A stretch of 64,000 bases of DNA from Phycisphaerae bacterium (GTDB taxonomy: Bacteria; Planctomycetota; Phycisphaerae; UBA1845): contig JAGVHG010000073.1 in assembly GCA_020056715.1 (NCBI GenBank), forward strand, positions 4,754 to 68,753, written 5' to 3'. The notes under the pieces were generated by a model. That model did no database searches. It worked only from the letters and a program-made list of their open reading frames with translations, and was not told where the DNA came from. Of the stretch, positions 28,432 to 36,249 are shown piece by piece. A program made the translations under genes and the position numbers. Every line of letters starts with the position of its first letter. Position 1 is the first letter of the stretch.

Positions 28432-28812
28432 ATGATGAATCGCATTACGGTCTTTTGCGCAACGGTATGGATGTGTGCGGGCGTGTCCTGCAACGCCCCG
28501 TCAAAGCTCCCTCCGGGGGGCGGAGGGGCACACGATCATGGGCATTCACCCGCGGCCCACGAGGGGTCTGGGCCGGCTGGTCGACAATCGGGACCCGCGA
28601 AGGAAAGTCCCAAGGTGGCCGTGGTCCCGTATCCGCTGGATTTCTGCATCGTCAGCGGCGAAAAGCTCGGCTCCATGGGCGGGCCGATCGTCAAGGTGTA
28701 TGACGGGCGAGAAGTTCGCTTCTGCTGTTCCGGTTGTGTCAAAAAGTTCGAAGCGGACAAGGCCGCGTACTTCGCGAAGATCGACGCCAAGGCTGGTTCG
28801 GGCAAGCACTGA
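28432..28812 (+). CDS. secreted His-rich protein with TRASH/YHS-like Cys motif
   Basis: GAAGGAG precedes ATG 28432. Signal MMNRITVFCATVWMCAGVSC, His-rich GGGGAHDHGHSPAAHEG, then C-x25-C-C-x2-C (DFCIVSGEKL..VRFCCSGCVKKFEADKAAYF), resembling TRASH/YHS metal-binding domains. Confidence 0.65.
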   Translation: MMNRITVFCATVWMCAGVSCNAPSKLPPGGGGAHDHGHSPAAHEGSGPAGRQSGPAKESPKVAVVPYPLDFCIVSGEKLGSMGGPIVKVYDGREVRFCCSGCVKKFEADKAAYFAKIDAKAGSGKH

Positions 28813-29000
28813 GCTTCTTTCCGCCCGCTCATTGGGCGCGGAGAATCCTGTGCATAGGTGCTGGGGGCGTAGAGGTGTGGAAGAAACCCAGCCCGCTCGG
28901 CATCTATTTTGAAAAGTGTAACGGCGCGACGCGGAGGCAGCGTGAGAGCGGCATCCGCGCTGCCGGCTCTTGAAGGAAGTCCACTATTCGGAGGTAAACG

Positions 29001-29096
29001 ATGGGAATGGGAATGATGGGTGGTTTGATGATGGCGATGTTTGCAATGTGGATGATGTTCTTCGGGCGTTCTTGGATGTTCCCCAGTACACTGTGA
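29001..29096 (+). CDS. candidate 31-aa Met-rich hydrophobic micro-protein
   Basis: Below the ORF-track cutoff. CGGAGGTAAACG-ATG, i.e. GGAGG 6 nt upstream. Translation is MGMGMMGGLMMAMFAMWMMFFGRSWMFPSTL* (12 Met in 31 residues). Same strand as the metal island. Confidence 0.45.
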   Translation: MGMGMMGGLMMAMFAMWMMFFGRSWMFPSTL

Positions 29097-29173
29097 CGAC
29101 GCTCAGGGTTCCTTGCGACTGACTTCGGTGCGGCGGTTCGCACGGCGCGCCGTCTTCTGCCATCGCACGTCGC

Positions 29174-29668
29174 ATGGAGCGAGGTCACACCGGAAGGATC
29201 ATGGCCCAGGGAACTGCGACTCGTGTTTCGGCGGCAATCCGCGAGGCCCAGCCGGCGTCGGCCAGGGCGGGTCGCGGACTTCGCTCCGTACTGTTTTCCG
29301 TCGGTGACGGCATGTTTCTCCTCACCGTCGGCGTCGTTGCCGCCGCATGTATGCGACTTGTTGATTCGCTGGGGTGGAACTCCGTACTCGCCTGGATCAT
29401 TGGAATGGGCTTGGCGATGCTGCTGCAGACCATCCTCGCATTTGCTGCAGCGCCGCTTCTGGGTTCGATCGAAACGATGGTGCCCTCGATGGTCGTCGCC
29501 ATGACCTGTCCGATGGTGCTCGACTTCCTCGAAATGATCGGCGTGAACCTGGGGTGGTCGTGGTCCGTTGCACTCGGCGCCGGATTCGGCTTCGCGATGT
29601 TCATGTTTGTCGAAGGTTACGGCGTTCTGTGTCGTAAGTCATTCCGTCGGGCTGGCGTGCCACGGTAA
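29174..29668 (+). CDS. hypothetical 4-TM membrane protein (start uncertain, 29174 or 29201)
   Basis: 164-aa ORF with four hydrophobic helices (FLLTVGVVAAACM, VLAWIIGMGLAMLLQTILAFAAAPLLG, MVPSMVVAMTCPMVL, WSVALGAGFGFAMFMFVEG). Met-rich. No family recognised. Confidence 0.55.
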   Translation: MERGHTGRIMAQGTATRVSAAIREAQPASARAGRGLRSVLFSVGDGMFLLTVGVVAAACMRLVDSLGWNSVLAWIIGMGLAMLLQTILAFAAAPLLGSIETMVPSMVVAMTCPMVLDFLEMIGVNLGWSWSVALGAGFGFAMFMFVEGYGVLCRKSFRRAGVPR

Positions 29669-29676
29669 GACGAGCC

Positions 29677-30339
29677 ATGTCGAAGATTTGGGATCTGCGC
29701 GCTCGGCTCTACGACGTGTGTGAGGGGTCCGACCTCCGTCGCGGGCCGGCCAAGGCCGACCTTTTTCGGCACATGCGGAGCCGAGCGCTCTTCGTCGCCG
29801 TCGGTACGGGATTGGAGATCAAGCGCTTTCCGCCCGGGTTGGAAATCGTCGGCATCGACATCAGTGAGGCCATGCTCCGCCGGGCCGAACCGCGAGCGCG
29901 CCGGTATCCCGGACCCTTGAGGCTCTTGCAGATGGATGCGGCGCACTTGGGCTTCGCCGACGCATCGTTCGATACCGTCGTAACGTCCTGCACGATGTGT
30001 TCGGTCCCGTACCCGGTCCGTGCGCTTCAGGAACTGTACCGCGTTCTACGCCCGGGCGGGTCACTGCTGATGTTTGAACATGTTCGCAGCCGCAATCCCG
30101 TATTCGGTCTTGCACTCGACTTGATGACGCTGTGGACGCGGTTGAGCGGTACGGAGATGAACCGGAACACGGTTCAGAACGTTGTCGCAGCCGACTTTCG
30201 GATCATGAGTATCGAGAGCGCGTACTTGGACATCGTTTTGGCCATTCGTGGAACGAAGGATGCTCCCCAGAAGAACCACACGCAGTGTGAGGCTCAGCGG
30301 GGTCCGCGAGGTTTGACTCACGCTCTTACCGTCCGATAG
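29677..30339 (+). CDS. class I SAM-dependent methyltransferase
   Basis: Motif I VAVGTGLE, post-I IVGIDISEAML, DASFDTVV, and LRPGGSLLMFEH. This is a Methyltransf_11/25-like layout. Confidence 0.85.
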   Translation: MSKIWDLRARLYDVCEGSDLRRGPAKADLFRHMRSRALFVAVGTGLEIKRFPPGLEIVGIDISEAMLRRAEPRARRYPGPLRLLQMDAAHLGFADASFDTVVTSCTMCSVPYPVRALQELYRVLRPGGSLLMFEHVRSRNPVFGLALDLMTLWTRLSGTEMNRNTVQNVVAADFRIMSIESAYLDIVLAIRGTKDAPQKNHTQCEAQRGPRGLTHALTVR

Positions 30340-30340
30340 C

Positions 30341-31234
30341 ATGATCGCCATGCGAACGACGTTGGCAATCTGCGCGAGCGCGATATTTTCAGTAGCGTGC
30401 CTTGGCCAGCAGGACTTCTCCGGCGTGGAGATCAAGACCACGCCAGTGGCGGGAAAGGTCTATATGCTGGAAGGTCGCGGCGGAAACATCGGCGTCTCCG
30501 TCGGGTCCGACGGCATCCTCATCGTCGATGACCAATTCGCGCCGCTGGCGGACAAGATCAAGGCCGCCTTGGCCAAGCTGGGCAGCGACAAGCCGAAGTT
30601 CATTCTCAACACGCACTGGCACGGCGACCACACCGGCGGCAATCCGCTGTTCGGCCGCGACGGGACCATCATCGCCCATACCAGCGTCCGCGAGCGACTC
30701 ATCGTCAAACAGGAGTTGTTCGGCCAGCCGGTGGAGCCGCTTCCCAAGGAAGGTCTTCCGATCATAACTTTCGACCATTCACTCGCCGTGCACTTCAACG
30801 ACGAGGAGATTCGCGTGATTCATCTCCCCAACGGGCACACCGACGGCGACTGCGTGGTCGTGTTCACCAAGTCGAACGTCGTACACATGGGCGACCATAT
30901 GTTCGCGGGGATGTTCCCCTTCGTCGATTTGGATCACGGCGGCAATGTCGAGGGGATGGCCAAGAACATCGCCAACGTGATCGCGCAACTTCCGCCCGAC
31001 GTGAAGATCATCCCCGGCCACGGACCGATCGCGACGCTTGACGATCTCAAAACGTTCCATCGTATGTTGGTCGAAACGACGGACATCGTGAAGAAGCGGA
31101 TCGCCGCGGGGAAAACCTTGGATCAGATCAAGGCCGAGGGCTTGCCCGACCCCTGGAAAAGCTGGGGCGACGGGTTCATCAAGACCGACGCGTGGCTGGA
31201 GACGATCCACAAGAGCTTATCGAAAAGCCCTTAA
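30341..31234 (+). CDS. secreted MBL-fold metallo-hydrolase
   Basis: Signal MIAMRTTLAICASAIFSVACLG. HWHGDHTGGN (HxHxDH), ..HLPNGHTDGD.., and GHGP, typical of the metallo-beta-lactamase fold. Confidence 0.88.
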   Translation: MIAMRTTLAICASAIFSVACLGQQDFSGVEIKTTPVAGKVYMLEGRGGNIGVSVGSDGILIVDDQFAPLADKIKAALAKLGSDKPKFILNTHWHGDHTGGNPLFGRDGTIIAHTSVRERLIVKQELFGQPVEPLPKEGLPIITFDHSLAVHFNDEEIRVIHLPNGHTDGDCVVVFTKSNVVHMGDHMFAGMFPFVDLDHGGNVEGMAKNIANVIAQLPPDVKIIPGHGPIATLDDLKTFHRMLVETTDIVKKRIAAGKTLDQIKAEGLPDPWKSWGDGFIKTDAWLETIHKSLSKSP

Positions 31235-31252
31235 AACGGTGCCGAAGTCGGT

Positions 31253-34200
31253 CTAGACTGTCACCAATACTCGTCTTTTTTGCGGTTTTGTGCGCGCTTT
31301 TCCAGTGGGTCGCAATAACCGGGCGGTCGATTTGGACTTTACCGGTGATTTCTTGTTGGCTTTGGCCGAGGCGGTCGGCTTTGGCTTCCTGCGGCTCTTC
31401 GGGATTGAACCAGATCGAGGCTTGCTTCCGAACGCGATGGCGGCCTGGGCGGCGGCGAGACGGGCTACGGGAACGCGGAACGGGCTGCACGACACATAGT
31501 CGAGGCCGACCTTCTCACAGAAGTGGATCGACAGGGGATCGCCGCCGTGCTCGCCGCAGATACCGAGCTTGAGCTTGGGCCGCGAGGACCGTCCCTTCTC
31601 CACGGCCATCTTCATGAGAATCCCCACGCCCTCGGCGTCGAGTGATTGGAACGGGTCGTGCGGGAAGATCGGACCGTTCCCTTTAATCAATCCATCCGCG
31701 CCGCCTGAAGCCGGCGGCTCTGAAAGATAATCCGGCAGAAACCGTCCCGCGTCGTCGCGGGAGAGGCCCATCGTTAGCTGCGTGAGATCGTTGGTGCCGA
31801 AGCTGAAGAACTCGGCAGACTCGGCCATCGAATCCGCAAGCAATGCCGCCCGCGGCGTCTCAATCATCGTACCCACCAGGTAGGTTAGCTTGCTCTTGCT
31901 TTCCCGCAGGACCGAATCAGCCACCGCTCGCGTGCGATGCACCAGGATCGACAGCTCTTTCGCATCGATGCTCAGAGGAATCATGATTTCGGGGAGCACT
32001 TCAACGCCCTGCTCACTGCAGCGGACGGCGGCCTCGATGATCGCCCGCACCTGCATTTCCAGGATTTCCGGGAAGGTGATGCACAAACGGCAACCGCGAT
32101 GGCCCAGCATGGGGTTGGCCTCGTGAAGCTGATCGACACGGCGCTGGATGTCATTGATGGTGATGCGCTTGGCTTCCAACGCGTGACGGGCTTCCGAATC
32201 CCATAGTGACAGCGTGGACAATTCGTCGCGGATGTGGGCGTTAAGCTCATCGGCGACGGCTTGCTGGCCGGCCCGGTTGTCGTGTTGCGGTAGGAATTCG
32301 TGCAGCGGCGGGTCGAGCAGGCGGACGGTGACCGGTCGGCCGGCCATCGCCTTGAAAATGCCTTCGAAGTCGTCTCGCTGGAACGGCAACAGCTTCTCCA
32401 ACGCACGGCGGCGAGCGCTCTCATCGTCGGCAACGATCATCTCCCGCATGGCGCGGATGCGCAACGGCTGCGAGGGGTCGAAGAACATGTGCTCGGTCCG
32501 GCACAGGCCGATCCCCTCCGCGCCAAACTCGATCGCCTTATCGGCGTCGGCGGGCGTGTCGGCGTTGGCCCGTACCAGGAGCCGGCGCCGCTGATCGCAC
32601 CACTCCATCAGCGTGTCGTACTCGGCTGGGGCCTGCGGGCGGACCAGTGGTATCGCCCCCTCGAAGATCCGACCGCTGCCGCCGTCGAGGGTAATGGCGT
32701 CGCCCTCGCGTAGCGTCCGATTATTGAGTGTCAACCTCTTGGCATTGTAGTCGATGGACAGTGAGTCACAGCCGACGATGCAGCACTTACCCCAACCACG
32801 AGCGACGACCGCGGCGTGCGAAGTCTTTCCTCCGGTGGCGGTGAGGATTCCCGCGGCAACGTACATTCCGCCGACATCTTCCGGCGACGTTTCCTTACGC
32901 ACCAGGATGACCGTCGCTCCCGCTTTCGCCCGGATCTCGGCCTGCTCGGCGGTGAAGGCGACCTCCCCGGATGCGGCGCCGGGCACCGCGCCGATCCCGT
33001 CGCCCAATTGACGTCGACGCAATTCATCGGGCGAAAAACTCGGATCGAGCACGGGAAAGAAGAGGCGTTCGACGTCCGCCGCGGTGATCCGTTGAATGGC
33101 GTTCTCTTTGGTGATGATGGGTTTCACCGCAGCGGCAGCATACTTTTTCGGTAGGAATCGTTTCTTCACCAAGCGGTTCGCGGCTGATGCGGACAGGAGC
33201 GGCTTGGTCGCCTGATCGACGGCGATCTTGAAGGCCGCCTGCGGCGAGCGCTTGCCGGTGCGGCATTGCAGCATGTAGAGCTTACCTCGCTCGATGGTGA
33301 ATTCGAGGTCCTGCATGTCCTTGTAGTGGACTTCGAGAATGACGCGCATGGCCTCCAACTGGTCGTACACTTCGGGCATGAGTGTGCGGAGTTCCTCCAG
33401 CCGCAGCGGCGTGCGTACTCCGGCGACGACATCCTCGCCTTGGGCGTTGATCAGAAAATCTCCATAGAACGTGCATTCGCCGGTGCTCGGATCGCGGGTG
33501 AAACACACCCCCGTGCCGCAGTCGTCGCCCATGTTTCCGAAGACCATCTGGCAAACATTGACCGCGGTGCCCGACAGGCCGGTGATGTTTTCCACGCGCC
33601 GATAGGTGGTGGCCTTGTCCGCCATCCAACTATCGAACACCGCGTTGATCGCACCTTGCAACTGCTCGAACGGATCCTGGGGAAATTCCTGGCCGCCGTG
33701 CCGTCGATAGATTTCCTTGAAGCGGATGAGGAGTTCCTCGAGTTCCTCGTGGTTCACGTCGGTGTCGAGGACCTTAGCGTCCGACGGTCGCTCGAGGCGG
33801 CGGCGGGTCCGGGTGTTCTTAATCTCGTCGAAAGCGGTCTCGAAGTGCTCGCGGTGGATGCCCTTGGCCGTCGAGCCGTACATCATGATGAGGCGACGAT
33901 AGGCGTCGAGGGCGAACCGGCGGTTGGACGAAGCCTTGGCCAGTCCTTCGACGGAGGCGTCGTTGAGTCCCAGGTTGAGGATGGTCTCCATCATCCCCGG
34001 CATGGACCGGGCCGCGCCGGAACGGACCGACACTAGGAGCGGATTCTTCGCCGCGCCGAACTTCTTCTTTGCGGCACGCTCTAGCGCAAGAAGGTTGTCG
34101 CGGACTTCCTTCTCCAACCCCGCCGGCCAGGATTGGCCGCGTTGGTTGTACGCCGCGCATGCTTCGGTGGTGATGGTGAATCCGCCCGGGACCGGCAGGC

Positions 34201-34318
34201 CGATCCGCGTCATTTCCGCCAGACCCGCGCCCTTGCCGCCCAGCAGTTCCTTCTGATCCCCGCGCCCCTCGGCCCGGCCGTTACCGAAAAAGTAAGCCCA
34301 TCGTCTATTCTTTGCCAT
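31253..34318 (-). CDS. ppdK: pyruvate, phosphate dikinase with a 57-aa Lys/Arg/Pro-rich C-terminal tail
   Basis: ELLGGKGAGLAEMTRIGLPVPGGFTITTEAC, the phosphohistidine region GGKTSHAAVVARGWGK, and the PEP-utilising TIM domain ..GICGEHGGDP... 1021 aa, against the roughly 880-900 aa I expect for the family. Confidence 0.97.
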   Translation of the reverse strand: MAKNRRWAYFFGNGRAEGRGDQKELLGGKGAGLAEMTRIGLPVPGGFTITTEACAAYNQRGQSWPAGLEKEVRDNLLALERAAKKKFGAAKNPLLVSVRSGAARSMPGMMETILNLGLNDASVEGLAKASSNRRFALDAYRRLIMMYGSTAKGIHREHFETAFDEIKNTRTRRRLERPSDAKVLDTDVNHEELEELLIRFKEIYRRHGGQEFPQDPFEQLQGAINAVFDSWMADKATTYRRVENITGLSGTAVNVCQMVFGNMGDDCGTGVCFTRDPSTGECTFYGDFLINAQGEDVVAGVRTPLRLEELRTLMPEVYDQLEAMRVILEVHYKDMQDLEFTIERGKLYMLQCRTGKRSPQAAFKIAVDQATKPLLSASAANRLVKKRFLPKKYAAAAVKPIITKENAIQRITAADVERLFFPVLDPSFSPDELRRRQLGDGIGAVPGAASGEVAFTAEQAEIRAKAGATVILVRKETSPEDVGGMYVAAGILTATGGKTSHAAVVARGWGKCCIVGCDSLSIDYNAKRLTLNNRTLREGDAITLDGGSGRIFEGAIPLVRPQAPAEYDTLMEWCDQRRRLLVRANADTPADADKAIEFGAEGIGLCRTEHMFFDPSQPLRIRAMREMIVADDESARRRALEKLLPFQRDDFEGIFKAMAGRPVTVRLLDPPLHEFLPQHDNRAGQQAVADELNAHIRDELSTLSLWDSEARHALEAKRITINDIQRRVDQLHEANPMLGHRGCRLCITFPEILEMQVRAIIEAAVRCSEQGVEVLPEIMIPLSIDAKELSILVHRTRAVADSVLRESKSKLTYLVGTMIETPRAALLADSMAESAEFFSFGTNDLTQLTMGLSRDDAGRFLPDYLSEPPASGGADGLIKGNGPIFPHDPFQSLDAEGVGILMKMAVEKGRSSRPKLKLGICGEHGGDPLSIHFCEKVGLDYVSCSPFRVPVARLAAAQAAIAFGSKPRSGSIPKSRRKPKPTASAKANKKSPVKSKSTARLLRPTGKARTKPQKRRVLVTV

Positions 34319-34538
34319 CAGCGCATCTTACCAAACCACCCGCCGCCGAACAGCCCGGAAAACAAACGCCATTCGCTTGATAAAAGTTCCGACTTATACG
34401 GTTCGTCAATGGGTACGCCGTGTACTCGACTTGGTCGGGGCGGAGGCGTAAAGCGATCTGAGGGTTCGTGCTTAATGCTCAAAGTGATCGATGCAGATAC
34501 AGACGTGATTTATTCCGATGTCCAATCCCCGGCGTTGT

Positions 34539-35339
34539 CTATGGGCGCGCTTCGGTTCCCACTTTCTCTATAAGCCGGTCTATCTCTTCGAAAGCCCAAT
34601 GTTGAACTTGGAGCTCGCCAAATAGACTTACGACTCTCTTCCGTACATCGCTTAGACCCGGCGCGAATCTCGACACGACGACGAGTTGCATCGGAATTTC
34701 CAGCGACACGCTGTGTTTGTGCAAAAGGTGTCCATCGACGGCAAGCACTTCCGCACGCCTAATAGCTTGATCTTGAGAACCTGAGAATTCGCACGGTTTG
34801 ACCAAATTCAGCACGCCGTTCTTGTATGCATAAGGTATCGCCAGTTTCTTTCGTAACGTCGGCACCTCAACCATTCTATCAAACTCGATTCTTCGCTCAA
34901 AGGTGGGCTGGCGCAAGGCGCTGTCCAACTCCGGGAACGGGATCCTCGGAGAGCGCTGGTATACGGGACCTCCTACGAGATCGTTGAACAGAGTCTCTAG
35001 GTCCGCCTGCGGGTTCATGCTGCGCATTGGACGAAGGGGAGTCATTCGTATTTGGTTCGCGCGGGTTGCGATGAACTGTTCGACGTCGGCGATTGTTCGG
35101 AACGCGACTCGATCGACCTCGAACCGAGTTTGGAATGCGCGCTTAAACGCCTTGAGTCTTTCGGGATCAAAACTTGTGCGCCCGAAGAACTGCGCGACGC
35201 GCTTGTTCCTTCTCGCAACCTTCGCCTTGATGAAGTTCTTGTCCGGGCAATAGAGCAGCACACCTATGTTCGCTGCTTCGAGTTTCGAAGCGTCCGGGCA
35301 GAACTGGATCATACTATAGTACGCACGTTCGCCGGCCAT
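34539..35339 (-). CDS. DUF3037-like protein (unknown function)
   Basis: N-terminus MAGERAYYSMIQFCPDASKLEAANIGVLLYCPD matches my memory of the DUF3037 family signature (Y-x-x-(I/L)-x-(F/Y)-x-P-D..E-x-x-N-I-G-V). 266 aa. Locally low GC. Lies 24 bp downstream of the kinase gene. Confidence 0.65.
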   Translation of the reverse strand: MAGERAYYSMIQFCPDASKLEAANIGVLLYCPDKNFIKAKVARRNKRVAQFFGRTSFDPERLKAFKRAFQTRFEVDRVAFRTIADVEQFIATRANQIRMTPLRPMRSMNPQADLETLFNDLVGGPVYQRSPRIPFPELDSALRQPTFERRIEFDRMVEVPTLRKKLAIPYAYKNGVLNLVKPCEFSGSQDQAIRRAEVLAVDGHLLHKHSVSLEIPMQLVVVSRFAPGLSDVRKRVVSLFGELQVQHWAFEEIDRLIEKVGTEARP

Positions 35340-35363
35340 AATCGTTGCTCCCCCAATCGCAGA

Positions 35364-36209
35364 TCAAAGCCAAAGCTTTCCTGTCTCACTCATTATTGCC
35401 TGTTCGATACTCTTCTCGATTGTATCGACAACATAACTTGCACGTCTCGACAACAGTTCTACGATCGCTTTCCTTACCTTAGTCGATACATTCCACTCTG
35501 TCGGTATTGTACCGACGAGCGACTCGCCGACGTGCTGGTCGAATTCGGCAAGCCGTTGAAGCCAAGGGCGAATCGAACTCCGTGTTACAAACGGCCTAAA
35601 CAACGGAAAGAGACCGTAAAGCCGGTCGTCCCGGACCGTGTGAATATGGGCTAGAGCCTCCGTAAGGTCTCTTCCCCATCCCAAGCACGCCGAATGATCG
35701 ATGGCCTTCAAAACGGGCTGATCGGTCAAACCTTTTCCGACTGAAAGGAAGAGGTTGTCCGGACGCAGCTTCCAGCGCGTTCCGAGCGGTGGGTGGCGGT
35801 CGAGGTTTCGGAGCCACGTGTCAAGTACGACAATCCCCGGAATCATGCTTTCATGGTTGCTGGTCTGTTCTAGCTGCCCCGGAACGTTGCTCCAAGGTTC
35901 GCCTACTTCCCACCGAATCACGATGGCCGGACCCGGTTCTGCCATTCGTCCGTGTCCCAGCGGAATCTCATCGTCTGCGGTTACCCCGATGATTGCAATG
36001 TCAAAAGTCGCAAGACCGAGCCAGGCGGCGAGCTTCGTCCCGATCCATTCACAAGCCAATGCATGAGGTCCTTCCTTATTGCCCAACGCTTTGATTAGGG
36101 CTTGCCCCGCGTCGGTAACGATGATGGCGGGGCCCGTACTCGTGGGGATTGAACGGACCCATCGCTTGAACGTGGTTGGCTGCCACGCTTCCGATCCCGC
36201 GTTGAGCAA
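35364..36209 (-). CDS. HipA-like Ser/Thr kinase family protein (TTG start)
   Basis: ..GPAIIVTDAGQALIKALGN.., ..ALACEWIGTKLAAWLGL.., catalytic loop VLDTWLRNLDRH(x12)DNLFL, and Mg-site-like KAIDHSACLG. This layout resembles HipA-type kinases. Only a TTG start is available; the ATG at 36216 is out of frame. Confidence 0.65.
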   Translation of the reverse strand: MLNAGSEAWQPTTFKRWVRSIPTSTGPAIIVTDAGQALIKALGNKEGPHALACEWIGTKLAAWLGLATFDIAIIGVTADDEIPLGHGRMAEPGPAIVIRWEVGEPWSNVPGQLEQTSNHESMIPGIVVLDTWLRNLDRHPPLGTRWKLRPDNLFLSVGKGLTDQPVLKAIDHSACLGWGRDLTEALAHIHTVRDDRLYGLFPLFRPFVTRSSIRPWLQRLAEFDQHVGESLVGTIPTEWNVSTKVRKAIVELLSRRASYVVDTIEKSIEQAIMSETGKLWL

Positions 36210-36249
36210 GGCTCATCCCTTCGGTGTGTCCTATGCTACGGTCCGGTGC

